Source: a virus (taxonomy: Duplodnaviria > Caudoviricetes). Taken from it: a stretch of 61,717 nt of DNA. Every line of letters starts with the position of its first letter. Position 1 is the first letter of the stretch. The translations under genes were made by a program, and so were the position numbers. The stretch lies in the IMG/VR virus record IMGVR_UViG_3300027896_000040, positions 1 through 61,717 of that record; one strand, written 5' to 3'. The notes beneath the pieces were generated by a model. It was not told the DNA's origin, did no database searches, and saw only the letters and a program-made list of their open reading frames with translations. This document shows positions 1 to 9,458 of the stretch, one piece after another.

Positions 1-68
1 TTACCCCCACCGTCATTAACGTCTACTGTTAGAGCCTTTACTGGTACATTTACTGTGTAAGTGATCAT
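1..68 (-). CDS. 5' part of a further HREDGPA-repeat paralog (runs off window)
   Basis: MITYTVNVPVKALTVDVNDGGG, same N-terminus and promoter as paralogs. Confidence 0.7.
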   Translation of the reverse strand, partial: MITYTVNVPVKALTVDVNDGGG

Positions 69-91
69 GTTATAATTATATCTCAGTTCCT

Positions 92-460
92 TTACACCTT
101 TGTAAGCTTGTACTTAACACCATCGACCTCTACGACCTTACCTTCGCATGACGGCTTCTTACATGCATTGAATTGCTCTTCGGTAAGCTCTTCACCATTA
201 ATATACCACCACTTATCTCCATTAGCACATTCACGAGCTGGACCATCTTCCCTATGGAGCTTACCATTAATATACCAACACTTATCTCCATTAGCACATT
301 CACAAGCTGGACCATCTTCCCTATGGAGCTTACCATTAATGTACCAATACTTAGATCCATTAGCCCATTCACAAGCTGGACCATCTTCCCTATGGCGCTT
401 ACCATTTACATACCAATACTTATCTCCACATTCATTAACATTTACCGTGTAAGTGATCAT
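92..460 (-). CDS. HREDGPA-repeat protein (3 x 23-aa repeats)
   Basis: Repeats of KxWYINGKLHREDGPAxExANG, common phage repeat family. Confidence 0.85.
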   Translation of the reverse strand: MITYTVNVNECGDKYWYVNGKRHREDGPACEWANGSKYWYINGKLHREDGPACECANGDKCWYINGKLHREDGPARECANGDKWWYINGEELTEEQFNACKKPSCEGKVVEVDGVKYKLTKV

Positions 461-488
461 ATTATAATTATATCAGTGTTCCAAACAC

Positions 489-520
489 AAAAGGAGGGGT
501 TGGCACCACCCAACCCCTCC
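489..520 (-). terminator. Intrinsic terminator
   Basis: GGAGGGGTTGG/CCAACCCCTCC stem followed by U-tract on minus strand. Confidence 0.8.
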
Positions 521-568
521 CGGATAATCGACGTCATCGATTATCCTCCTCCACCAAAACTGCCTAAC

Positions 569-910
569 TTAGGCAGTAACTGTATCAGCGGGAGCAGGCA
601 CCGGTGCCGGAGCAGGCTTACTCTTCGTAGTCTTCGTCTTCTTGGGAGCCTTCTGCGTACGAGCAGCCTGGAGCTTGGCCTTAAGGGCCTCATATGAGGC
701 CTTCTTACGCTCAGCCTTTGCAGCCGTGTTGGCAGCATTAACGGCCTCAGCCCTCGTAACGATGTCGCTCTTATGCTCTAGGGCAACATCGACGACAAGC
801 GTCATGAGCTCCTTCTCACTCAGGTTAGTCTCGTTGCGCAAAGCAACGATAGCATTCTTCGTATTCTGCTCAACAAGCGTGGCAGTGAACTTAGTATTGT
901 TGTTATTCAT
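569..910 (-). CDS. Basic Lys/Ala-rich protein, possibly nucleic-acid binding
   Basis: K/A/P-rich C-terminus; own promoter (962-977) and terminator. Confidence 0.6.
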   Translation of the reverse strand: MNNNNTKFTATLVEQNTKNAIVALRNETNLSEKELMTLVVDVALEHKSDIVTRAEAVNAANTAAKAERKKASYEALKAKLQAARTQKAPKKTKTTKSKPAPAPVPAPADTVTA

Positions 911-1014
911 ATGTATCTGTGTTTGTTTTTTGTTGTTTGTTATTGTTATCTTAACTCAATTATTATATCACCGTTCCTGTAATGTCCATCAAGGTAATTA
1001 CAATTTACTCAAAA

Positions 1015-1404
1015 TTAAAGCTGACCAATGATTATGTTGCTATTGAGCTTTGCACCATCAAGCCACACCTCGAAATTATTGGGATCGATATCATTGTCAT
1101 TGAAGGCCAGGTTAATCTCCTCACCATATCCAAACAGATATGGGTACTGCTCAACAGTGTCGCGTAGTCGACCACCGATTAAAGAGATCCAAAAAATGCC
1201 GTGCTTCTCAATGAGATTTTGAAACCAATTACTGCTCTCAGTATGCTTAAAAAGCTCAAGTATAAACAGATTATTTTGGTTTTTATCACTTTCGTACGTA
1301 ATAAGATCTTGGAGAGCATTAGCATGATATTCGTTTAACATCTGCATGCACTCACTGTAATCTAGATCGATACGTAGATTAACAATTTTACGTGTAATTT
1401 TCAT
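1015..1404 (-). CDS. Hypothetical protein
   Basis: ORF with GGAAC-N5-TATAAT 6 nt upstream of ATG. Confidence 0.7.
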   Translation of the reverse strand: MKITRKIVNLRIDLDYSECMQMLNEYHANALQDLITYESDKNQNNLFILELFKHTESSNWFQNLIEKHGIFWISLIGGRLRDTVEQYPYLFGYGEEINLAFNDNDIDPNNFEVWLDGAKLNSNIIIGQL

Positions 1405-1450
1405 ATTATGATTATATCTCAGTTCCTATCACCACAAGTTGTGATCTCCA

Positions 1451-1687
1451 TTACTCCCACATCTTGTGATCTCCATTACTCTCATTATCATCATACCCAG
1501 CATTGTATTCGGCAATCTGATCATCATCAAGATCAGTGACCCTGGGATCATTATAAGAGCCATTAGGGTACCAATGCGCATTATGGCCTCGGCGGTAATA
1601 GCTATCAGCACTCCCGCGATCAAAAAGTGATCCATGGCGCTCGCGATTAAATGATGCTTTATAGAGCTCTTGCATATCATTGTTCAT
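1451..1687 (-). CDS. Hypothetical phage protein (HGSLFDRGSADSYY motif)
   Basis: ORF with leaderless promoter. Confidence 0.7.
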   Translation of the reverse strand: MNNDMQELYKASFNRERHGSLFDRGSADSYYRRGHNAHWYPNGSYNDPRVTDLDDDQIAEYNAGYDDNESNGDHKMWE

Positions 1688-1710
1688 ACTATGATTATAT
1701 CTCAGTTCCT

Positions 1711-2217
1711 TTACACCTTTGTAAGCTTGTACTTAACACCATCGACCTCTACGACCTTACCTTCGCATAGGCTCTTCTTATGTGCATTGAATTGTTTTTC
1801 AGTAAGCTCTTCACCATTAATATACCAACACTTTGTTCCATTAGCCCATTCTACAGCTGGACCATCTTCCCTATGGAGCTTACCATTTACATACCAATAC
1901 TTATCTCCATTAGCCCATTCACAAGCTGGACCATCTTCCCTATGGCACTTACCATTTACATACCACCACTTTGTTCCATTAGCCCATTCACAAGCTGGAC
2001 CATCTTCCCTATGGAGCTTACCATTAATATACCAATACTTAGATCCATTAGCCCATTCAACAGCTGGACCATCTTCCCTATGGTAATTACCATTAATATA
2101 CCAACACTTATCTCCATCGGACCATTCTACAGCTGGACCATCTTCTCTATGGAGCTTACCATTAATATACCAATACTTTGTTCCATCGCAATTTACCTTT
2201 ACTGTGTAAGTGATCAT
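1711..2217 (-). CDS. HREDGPA-repeat protein (5 repeats)
   Basis: 23-aa repeats; C-terminus near-identical to 92..460. Confidence 0.85.
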   Translation of the reverse strand: MITYTVKVNCDGTKYWYINGKLHREDGPAVEWSDGDKCWYINGNYHREDGPAVEWANGSKYWYINGKLHREDGPACEWANGTKWWYVNGKCHREDGPACEWANGDKYWYVNGKLHREDGPAVEWANGTKCWYINGEELTEKQFNAHKKSLCEGKVVEVDGVKYKLTKV

Positions 2218-2480
2218 ACTATGATTATATCTTAGTTCCTGAAAACTGGCTTAACTGGAACTGTGATATAATATGGTTACAAGATGCCTATATGGCAGGC
2301 GAGGACTGGGTACAAATAACTTAAAATAACTAACAGGAACATTATTATAATGTGCGTTCGCGGTATGGGTAGTGGTGTGGGTGTGTATTAGAAGGGCTTA
2401 TATGTGGAGGTGTGTTTGGTGGCCCCATATTGGCTTATTTGGGGAATGGGAACGCAATTTGGGATGTCCTAAGGACTTAC

Positions 2481-2593
2481 TTAGTAAATCCGCAGTTACT
2501 GCAGTTACTGCAGTTTTTTCTTAGTAAATCCGCAGTTACTGCAGTTACTGCAGTTTTTTCTTAGTAAATCCGCAGTATCCGCAGTTAACTGCG
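2481..2593. repeat. 40-bp tandem repeat (2 full + partial) with internal GCAGTTACTGC palindromes
   Basis: TTAGTAAATCCGCAGTTACTGCAGTTACTGCAGTTTTTTC at 2481-2520 and 2521-2560, partial copy from 2561. Confidence 0.95.
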
Positions 2594-2636
2594 TGGTGCC
2601 GCACATCTGCATTGTATTGCGTGTACTTCTTTTGTG

Positions 2637-2843
2637 TTACCTATGCTTCTTGTTCTTGCCTCTACGCATATTAGCTTGCCAGTGTGCTAATTGCTTCTTG
2701 CGTTTACTTGCTGTTTTGCTATGCACTATTTTATCCAATTGCTTTAACGTTGAGTGTTTCTTTATTGCATATCTCTCACTGTCACCGCGCTTTCCGGGAC
2801 CTTTGTTATCGAGAAAGTTTTCGAAAAATAGCTTAAATTGCAT
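2637..2843 (-). CDS. Small basic protein, probable internal head protein
   Basis: MQFKLFFE N-terminus and very basic body typical of T4-like small late proteins. Confidence 0.55.
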   Translation of the reverse strand: MQFKLFFENFLDNKGPGKRGDSERYAIKKHSTLKQLDKIVHSKTASKRKKQLAHWQANMRRGKNKKHR

Positions 2844-2902
2844 ATAACTTACTTATCTACATTCAAAGCTATTATTTCAACGTACTTCTCATAACAAAAC
2901 GT

Positions 2903-3178
2903 TTATATTATATATTTGTTACGTTTTTGTAGAGATTGCAATAGCTCTTCGTATATTATTACTGCCGAATGCTCAGCATAAGCCTCTGAGGCAAAGACAC
3001 CTGCAAATAACGAACACGCTATTGCCACAGTGGTATGATTGGTGCTTTTAAACTTTACTGCAATTATTGTTACAGTAATAAACAACACTGTGTACGCATT
3101 GCGTAGAGCTTTTGCGTATGCCAATACCGTTTCATTTAATTGTATTAGCGCTTGTAGACACGTATTCTGTTCATTCAT
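2903..3178 (-). CDS. Hypothetical membrane protein (2 TM)
   Basis: Two hydrophobic segments. Confidence 0.55.
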   Translation of the reverse strand: MNEQNTCLQALIQLNETVLAYAKALRNAYTVLFITVTIIAVKFKSTNHTTVAIACSLFAGVFASEAYAEHSAVIIYEELLQSLQKRNKYII

Positions 3179-3373
3179 TTTCTGTTTTATTGTATTTCGT
3201 ATATCTTATTACAATGCTCTTTGTTATCTTTAGTCTCTCTTTGGTTCTATCTTCTAATAAACAACCAGGTAAATAACTATTTTCCCTTACTATAATAATA
3301 AATCGTAACAATTTTATATATTATTACAATATTCCCTATCTTTTTTACCGCACTTAGCTAATGGTATATGCTT

Positions 3374-3880
3374 TTATGCTTTTGTAAGCCTGTACTTAAC
3401 ACCGTCAACCTCTACAACCTTACCTTCACATGATGGCTTCTTACGTGCATTAAATTGCTCTTCGGTAAGCCTTATATCATCTATATACCACCACTTTGTT
3501 CCATTAGCATATTCACAAGCTGGACCGTCTTCCCTATGGCGCTTACCATTAATATACCAATACTTTGTTCCATCGGACCATTCTACAGCTGGACCATCTT
3601 CACGATGTAGCTTACCATTAATATACCAACACTTATATCCATTAACACATTCTACAGCTGGACCGTCTTCCCTATGGTAATTACCATTAATATACCAATA
3701 CTTATCTCCATTAGCCCATTCAACAGCTGGACCATCTTCTCTATGACGCTTACCATTAATATACCAATACTTATCTCCATTAGCACATTCTACAGCTGGA
3801 CCGTCTTCACGATGTTGCTTACCATTAATATACCAACACTTATCTCCACTGTTATTAACATTTACTGTGTAAGTGATCAT
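3374..3880 (-). CDS. HREDGPA-repeat protein (5 repeats)
   Basis: 23-aa repeats. Confidence 0.85.
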   Translation of the reverse strand: MITYTVNVNNSGDKCWYINGKQHREDGPAVECANGDKYWYINGKRHREDGPAVEWANGDKYWYINGNYHREDGPAVECVNGYKCWYINGKLHREDGPAVEWSDGTKYWYINGKRHREDGPACEYANGTKWWYIDDIRLTEEQFNARKKPSCEGKVVEVDGVKYRLTKA

Positions 3881-3904
3881 ATTATAATTATATCTCAGTT
3901 CCTT

Positions 3905-4411
3905 TTATGCTTTTGTAAGCCTGTACTTAACCCCGTCTATTTGTACTGTCTTACCTTCACATGATGGCTTCTTACGTGCATTAAATTGCTCTTCGGTAAG
4001 CCTTATATCATCTATATACCAACACTTTGTTCCATTAGCATATTCTACAGCTGGACCATCTTCACGATGTAATTTACCATTTACATACCACCACTTATCT
4101 CCATTAGCCCATTCACAAGCTGGACCATCTTCCCTATGGCGCTTACCATTAATATACCAACACTTATCTCCATTAGCATATTCTACAGCTGGACCATCTT
4201 CTCTATGGAACTTACCATTAATGTACCACCACTTAGATCCATCGGACCATTCTACAGCTGGACCATCTTCTCTATGGAGCTTACCATTAATATACCAACA
4301 CTTATCTCCATTAGCACATTCACGAGCTGGACCATCTTCCCTATGGAGCTTATCATTAATGTACCAATACTTTGTTCCACTGTTATTAACATTTACTGTG
4401 TAAGTGATCAT
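3905..4411 (-). CDS. HREDGPA-repeat protein (5 repeats)
   Basis: 23-aa repeats; tandem duplicate of 3374..3880. Confidence 0.85.
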   Translation of the reverse strand: MITYTVNVNNSGTKYWYINDKLHREDGPARECANGDKCWYINGKLHREDGPAVEWSDGSKWWYINGKFHREDGPAVEYANGDKCWYINGKRHREDGPACEWANGDKWWYVNGKLHREDGPAVEYANGTKCWYIDDIRLTEEQFNARKKPSCEGKTVQIDGVKYRLTKA

Positions 4412-4601
4412 GTTATAATTATATTAGTGTTCCTTACAATTTAACTGCAAATCTCTTATTTTATGAAGTTTTCTTAAATCATTAATAGCTGCAATAAGGT
4501 CAAAACAGACTCTTGTACCAAGATGAATGGTGTGCTCTCTGCAATTCATTATGTGCCACCACATCCTAAAAGGTACCGATTTGCTCTTTTGAACTCTTAT
4601 A

Positions 4602-4802
4602 TTAGTAATTGTCGCTAACCAAGTCTTTTTTGATGAAATCTAGATAATTAACTATCAATTCATCACGAGTGCTCTCGTCTGAATAATCATTCTCTTTAAT
4701 ATCAGCCATAATCTCATCAATTTCAGCTTCAATGAGCGTACGAATTTGATGGTAACGGGTACCGGCCATTGACGCTGTAAGTGAGGGGGTGCAAGTGTGC
4801 AT
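4602..4802 (-). CDS. Hypothetical protein
   Basis: ORF; start moved to ATG following upstream gene. Confidence 0.5.
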   Translation of the reverse strand: MHTCTPSLTASMAGTRYHQIRTLIEAEIDEIMADIKENDYSDESTRDELIVNYLDFIKKDLVSDNY

Positions 4803-4803
4803 G

Positions 4804-4980
4804 TTAATTTGAATAGGTAGAAAACTTTTCAGCCTTGTCAAGCTCTTTAGCAATAAATTGTTTAAACATCTCCCTATCAGTAATTACAACTCCAGGTATT
4901 TCGTATTGGGTTATCAAACCCTTTAGAACTGACTCAAGATAACCAACCCACCTCGCGTAACTAATTTTTTGATCGTTCAT
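4804..4980 (-). CDS. Hypothetical protein (58 aa, not in ORF track)
   Basis: MNDQKISYARWVGYLES...; GGAAC-N5-TAAATA directly upstream. Confidence 0.55.
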   Translation of the reverse strand: MNDQKISYARWVGYLESVLKGLITQYEIPGVVITDREMFKQFIAKELDKAEKFSTYSN

Positions 4981-5006
4981 ACAATTATTTATGATTGTTC
5001 CTATAA

Positions 5007-5195
5007 TTACTTTTCAAAAATTCGTTTAACCTCGTGATAGTAGTGCTCACTAATAGTATTGAAATCATAAGGCTCAGCTAGACACCCATTATCAGCACAT
5101 TCCCAATACTGGTCGTGAGCAATTTCACACATAAGCTTCAAAATTTTATTAATCTGCTTATCGTAGTTTTTGTTTTTAGTACCAGGTTTCTTCAT
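5007..5195 (-). CDS. Hypothetical protein
   Basis: ORF from MKKPGTK, coupled to upstream stop. Confidence 0.5.
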   Translation of the reverse strand: MKKPGTKNKNYDKQINKILKLMCEIAHDQYWECADNGCLAEPYDFNTISEHYYHEVKRIFEK

Positions 5196-5196
5196 T

Positions 5197-5415
5197 TTAA
5201 GTCTTGGTTGTATAAGAACCCTTAAACAAGATGCTAGTGAGGAAGTTAATCTTCCAAGCCATCCACAAACCAATTGACTTAAAGCCAAATAGTTCAGGCA
5301 TTGTACTATTCCACAACCACATAGTCGGGTACGCTAGTACAAATGACAGTGCAACAATTCTAACAATTACACCAATTACAATACCCACAACCTTACCAAA
5401 CAGTTTATATGTCAT
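5197..5415 (-). CDS. Small membrane protein
   Basis: Hydrophobic, MWLWNxxMPELFG motif; leaderless promoter. Confidence 0.65.
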   Translation of the reverse strand: MTYKLFGKVVGIVIGVIVRIVALSFVLAYPTMWLWNSTMPELFGFKSIGLWMAWKINFLTSILFKGSYTTKT

Positions 5416-5444
5416 ACAAACATTATATAACAGTTCCTAAAAAA

Positions 5445-5642
5445 CTAGTCTACGTGTAAAGAAGTTTGTTGCTTGGCAAATTCATAACCAGCGTTAAACC
5501 AATCTAAAGCCCTCCAATCAGTGGTACTATTACTATTGGCTAGTTTTTGAAATTCACTATTAACACACTCCACGTTTTGTTTTACATTGTGAGTAATTAC
5601 ACAAATATCTGCCTGTTGCTTGTTTTTTTGCTTTGTATGCAT
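5445..5642 (-). CDS. Hypothetical protein
   Basis: ORF. Confidence 0.45.
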   Translation of the reverse strand: MHTKQKNKQQADICVITHNVKQNVECVNSEFQKLANSNSTTDWRALDWFNAGYEFAKQQTSLHVD

Positions 5643-5678
5643 TTTTACTTCAATATTTGAGACCGTTTTATTTATCTT

Positions 5679-6302
5679 TTAGATAGAAATGGGCAGTATT
5701 GTACCATCTTTTTGTTCTGGTAAATCAGCCACTGGCACATAGTTACGACTAACACAAAAAGGGTCTGTCTTAGCAAACTCACGGTTTAAGGTACATACCC
5801 AACCACCAGACACGTGCAATTCGCCACGCTTACCAGTATGTTCACAAGTACGCGACGACAGCACTTCACCCATATGCACTATACCATCAATATAGTCAGA
5901 GTATCTATTTGCAAATTCTGTAGCTTTAGGCAATGGTGTTTCCCCGTAAGCAAGCTCTTTAAAACGCTCTTCAAACTCAAGATGAAAATAAAAACGCAAT
6001 GTACCATACTTCTCCTTAACTTGATCGGCCACAACTTGGGGGCACGTTACTGGGAGAATATATTGTGAAATATTGTTATAAACATATGGTGTTATGTTGC
6101 ATTGCTTGCCCCTAACCTCATCCACTTGTAAAGAGGTACTAAACGTGTATTGCATTGCTTCACACATTGCATCAACTATATGATACCAACCATCCCCACA
6201 GTCAAACCCCCAACACATAGCAGTTCCGTTCATCGGCTTATTGCGATTAACAAATATTTTTGGGTACTTTTCACAAAGCTTTTTGTCTAGTTCTGGGCTC
6301 AT
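5679..6302 (-). CDS. Conserved phage protein (GDGW...QVKEKYGTLRFY family)
   Basis: Recognisable motifs. Confidence 0.7.
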   Translation of the reverse strand: MSPELDKKLCEKYPKIFVNRNKPMNGTAMCWGFDCGDGWYHIVDAMCEAMQYTFSTSLQVDEVRGKQCNITPYVYNNISQYILPVTCPQVVADQVKEKYGTLRFYFHLEFEERFKELAYGETPLPKATEFANRYSDYIDGIVHMGEVLSSRTCEHTGKRGELHVSGGWVCTLNREFAKTDPFCVSRNYVPVADLPEQKDGTILPISI

Positions 6303-6496
6303 ATACGGTTATTTTTTATATTGTACATTACTTCCAAAAACACTTTATGAGCTTCCCCTGCATCTTGTATACGATTACCTTTGTAAACGAAACCCTCTTT
6401 GTCAATTACAAGTACTGGTGCCGAACTATTACCTGCAAAAGAGGTAATGTTTTGGTTGTGTGAATATGTTAAACGCAGCTCTTGGTGTTTGTCCAA
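6299..6496 (-). CDS. Hypothetical protein
   Basis: ORF overlapping next start. Confidence 0.5.
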   Translation of the reverse strand: MDKHQELRLTYSHNQNITSFAGNSSAPVLVIDKEGFVYKGNRIQDAGEAHKVFLEVMYNIKNNRI

Positions 6497-6524
6497 AGCT
6501 ATATTATATTATATGGTTGTTTAA

Positions 6525-6824
6525 TTACCAGTTCTTACAACTAAAATACCGAGCGGTGCCTGGTTTTGCTGAACTACACTTATGACGGGCTCTAAACGAT
6601 TTACGGCGTTTTGGATTGGACTTTTTAATGCGAAGGTGAGGATCACCGTAATGTATTCTTTTTAATTTACCATTTACCCGAGCACATCTCATGTACTTTT
6701 TATCAGAACGTGTTGATGACATTTGTCCAGTAACTTTAGTACAACGTGCACCTTTCTTTTCTTCCACTACACCAACAAACTCGTTTATTAATCTTTCGTA
6801 CGTGCTATTAAATGCTGTAAACAC
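6525..6824 (-). CDS. Small basic T4-like protein (KKSNPKRRKSFRARHKC family)
   Basis: Motif; TAAATA late-type motif upstream. Confidence 0.7.
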   Translation of the reverse strand: MFTAFNSTYERLINEFVGVVEEKKGARCTKVTGQMSSTRSDKKYMRCARVNGKLKRIHYGDPHLRIKKSNPKRRKSFRARHKCSSAKPGTARYFSCKNW

Positions 6825-6883
6825 GTAATTATTTATGCTAATTAATGATGCTTAAAATATATGTACATAGACCCTCCAACCGG

Positions 6884-7032
6884 TTACCGTAAATGTTATG
6901 TCTAAGTGTCGTTAGGGCAGTTATGTGGGCGGCGCAAATCGGGTTAATGCTGAGTCGCAGGCATGCACGGAAAAGCTCGATTGCGCTGCTCATTTGATTC
7001 CGATTGCTGCGAGTTCTACAATTAAACGGTAA
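6884..7032 (+). ncRNA. Candidate structured RNA (long rod, 6S-like shape)
   Basis: TTACCGT/ACGGTAA closing stem; ~20-bp inner helix with four G-U pairs on + strand. Confidence 0.5.
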
Positions 7033-7353
7033 TTAGATGGTACCGACTTTACTAACGACATTACGCTCCTTAAAATAACGCTTACACCGATTATAAAAAA
7101 AATTGTAGTGATCAATCATTGAAGCAGGCACCTCAGCAGCGCTTGCCTTACGTGACCTCTCAAAGGCAATAACAGTACCCATCTTTTTATCGAACCGGTC
7201 ACCAGCACGCTTATTTGCCCGGGACCACCCAATATGGACAACTGATGTATCGTAATCAGAAGGTACAGCAGCAAAGACGCCAACAGACTGACCGCGCTTA
7301 TTATACACGTACTCATGAATACCGTAACCATTATTGATATTTTTCATAATCAT
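7033..7353 (-). CDS. Hypothetical phage protein (IGWS...DRFDK family)
   Basis: ORF. Confidence 0.6.
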   Translation of the reverse strand: MIMKNINNGYGIHEYVYNKRGQSVGVFAAVPSDYDTSVVHIGWSRANKRAGDRFDKKMGTVIAFERSRKASAAEVPASMIDHYNFFYNRCKRYFKERNVVSKVGTI

Positions 7354-7368
7354 ATTTGTACATTTATT

Positions 7369-7584
7369 TTAAATTTGTTCCTTAATACCATTTTCACGTA
7401 ATGTTTTGTTAATACCCTCTCCCAAGCCATCTTGAAAACCATTTTTAAAACCATCTTCATAACCAATTCGTGTACCGTTAGCAAAAGCGTCATTTATTAC
7501 AAACAATACCAAGTGCCTATCTTGTGCAGATAAATTGTCTACAATTTTTTTACCTTTTTGTATAATTGAAGCTTCAACAGTCAT
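7369..7584 (-). CDS. Hypothetical protein (GxxxG repeats)
   Basis: GYEDGFKNGFQDG. Confidence 0.5.
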   Translation of the reverse strand: MTVEASIIQKGKKIVDNLSAQDRHLVLFVINDAFANGTRIGYEDGFKNGFQDGLGEGINKTLRENGIKEQI

Positions 7585-7605
7585 TGAAAAATTATAAGCA
7601 CAGCT

Positions 7606-8247
7606 TTAAATTTCTAAAGCTTTAAATGTGTGAGGAAAAATTTGCGTTAAAGAGTTCTTTATCTGTACAGCAATATCTCTATGTTCTTTTTGCGTACTCT
7701 CAGCACAGCGTAAATCCAAATAATGAATCCAAGAACGGAGAGTACCTGTCATATAAATAGTGGTGCTTGTGTTGAGAGGTAATATCATTCTAGCGCACTC
7801 TTTAGCTATACCTGCATCAATTAAAGAACTATAGGTACTCTTCAATAACATTTGAAGATTATCAAATGTTGACTGTAAGTTTGCCGGTAAAGTAATAACT
7901 TCATCTCCAACTTGCCTATTTGTTTTACCTTGCATACGCCATTCAACAGGCTCAAAATCATTAACTTCAGCATAACGTTGGCTAAACTCTTGAAATGTAA
8001 ATGAACGGTGCCGGAGGATTTGAGCAGCAATAGCTCTTGAGGTCTTTATTTCAAAGGTACAGCTTACATGCTCAAAAGGACTCCAATGCTTATGCTTAAT
8101 AAGATAGTTTAAAAGCTTTGGGCCAGTTTCTTTATTAAACTGATTGGCTGGGTTGCTAACACGAGCAATATAAACAATGAACTCTTCTGGTGACAATGCA
8201 TTAGTAGTCAATTGAGGGTTGGTAATGGCTACTAATTTTGTGTTCAT
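7606..8247 (-). CDS. thyX: Flavin-dependent thymidylate synthase
   Basis: HWSPFEH and RHRSFTFQEFSQRY ThyX motifs. Confidence 0.95.
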   Translation of the reverse strand: MNTKLVAITNPQLTTNALSPEEFIVYIARVSNPANQFNKETGPKLLNYLIKHKHWSPFEHVSCTFEIKTSRAIAAQILRHRSFTFQEFSQRYAEVNDFEPVEWRMQGKTNRQVGDEVITLPANLQSTFDNLQMLLKSTYSSLIDAGIAKECARMILPLNTSTTIYMTGTLRSWIHYLDLRCAESTQKEHRDIAVQIKNSLTQIFPHTFKALEI

Positions 8248-8795
8248 GTTGTATAATTATTGTGGAGGTCAACCGGTTTCCATGTCTTATGTTTTATTCG
8301 TTCTTTAATCTGTTGCATTGACACTGGCTTGTAGTCCCAACAATCAACTCCAACATCCAGAGAAAGACTATTTGGATCGTCTGGAAGAGAGCCATGCGAA
8401 TGCCCATACAGATGCCATGCACCCTTGTGAGACTTATCCCATACCTTCATTGCATAGTGACATAGAACGATACGCTGCCCATCAACCGAAATATGACGGA
8501 TGTGCTCAATATCCATTGGCCATAGGCTATTACCCATAACCAATTTAAGTCTATTATCATGATTACCCCAAACGAACTTAATATGCCCATTTAGTGCTGA
8601 GAGATAGTTCATAGCAGGACCCCCACCTACAGCAAAGTCGCCAAGATGGTACACAGTATCATCCGACCTAACAATAGCATTCCAGTTACTTATAATAGTA
8701 CGATCCATCTCATCTACATTAGCAAATGGACGGTTAGAGTAATCAATAATACGGCCATGGCCAAAATGTGTATCAGATGTAAAGTAAGTGGCCAT
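8244..8795 (-). CDS. Calcineurin-like metallophosphoesterase
   Basis: SDTHFGH, GDF, GNHD, GHSH. Confidence 0.9.
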   Translation of the reverse strand: MATYFTSDTHFGHGRIIDYSNRPFANVDEMDRTIISNWNAIVRSDDTVYHLGDFAVGGGPAMNYLSALNGHIKFVWGNHDNRLKLVMGNSLWPMDIEHIRHISVDGQRIVLCHYAMKVWDKSHKGAWHLYGHSHGSLPDDPNSLSLDVGVDCWDYKPVSMQQIKERIKHKTWKPVDLHNNYTT

Positions 8796-8797
8796 TA

Positions 8798-9298
8798 TTA
8801 ATTGTCATAAAAGAAAATAAAACGTACATCCATATTATCCTTGTAAAGCGAGCGAGCTGCAGCTACCATAGCACGATACACTGGAGAAGTGTTTCCACGT
8901 AAAGCCTTAGCCATTTGCTTAACAGTGCAATAGCCATGACTATGCCAATCAGGATTGGTTACAGCAACAATTTTACCTTCAGCGTTTGAAATAAACTTGC
9001 TAAAATTGCTTTTAACATAATGTTGTGCTGTCTCCATAGACACAACACCCTCCCTCACTTTTTCACTATCTTCTGTGATGTAAATGTTATTAGCGCAGTT
9101 AGCGGCCCAGCTAACATCTCTAGGCCAACCCGAAGTGGCAATAGGATCATCATTATCCCCACGCACACCTGAAAGCTTATTGAAAAGCTCGTAGCTGCGG
9201 CCCGGGTTGATCGGTTTGTAACCAAAAGAAGTCCACTTATCAGGCCAAGCACCTCTCTTAGCCCTGTATTCAATTAGAATATGTATATCACATCCCAT
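8798..9298 (-). CDS. Hypothetical phage protein (MGCDIH family)
   Basis: MGCDIH...RSYELF...LSGVRG...DWHS. Confidence 0.7.
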   Translation of the reverse strand: MGCDIHILIEYRAKRGAWPDKWTSFGYKPINPGRSYELFNKLSGVRGDNDDPIATSGWPRDVSWAANCANNIYITEDSEKVREGVVSMETAQHYVKSNFSKFISNAEGKIVAVTNPDWHSHGYCTVKQMAKALRGNTSPVYRAMVAAARSLYKDNMDVRFIFFYDN

Positions 9299-9458
9299 AA
9301 TAATATTGTTTCGTTTATTTTATACTTTTTCCCAATACTTAAATAACGAAGATTGTAAAGGAATAAATTTTTCATTATATGGGTTAAGCCAATAATATCT
9401 ACGCTTCTTTGAATCCACTCTCAAGTAAGCATAAAAAGTATATGCTGGTGTAACTTTT

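Noticed and set aside
1439-1481. 18-bp direct repeat TTGTGATCTCCATTACTC
   Set aside because: Local duplication of a gene end; no integrase or att context.
2481-2593. CRISPR array
   Set aside because: Repeats are directly tandem with no unique spacers; the exonuclease at 56525 has no cas neighbours.
92-4411. Diversity-generating retroelement template/variable repeats
   Set aside because: All copies are coding, differences do not look adenine-restricted, and no reverse transcriptase is present in the window.
108-4444. Long + strand and alternate-frame ORFs over the HREDGPA genes
   Set aside because: Shadow frames kept open by the 69-bp repeat; no promoter or plausible composition.
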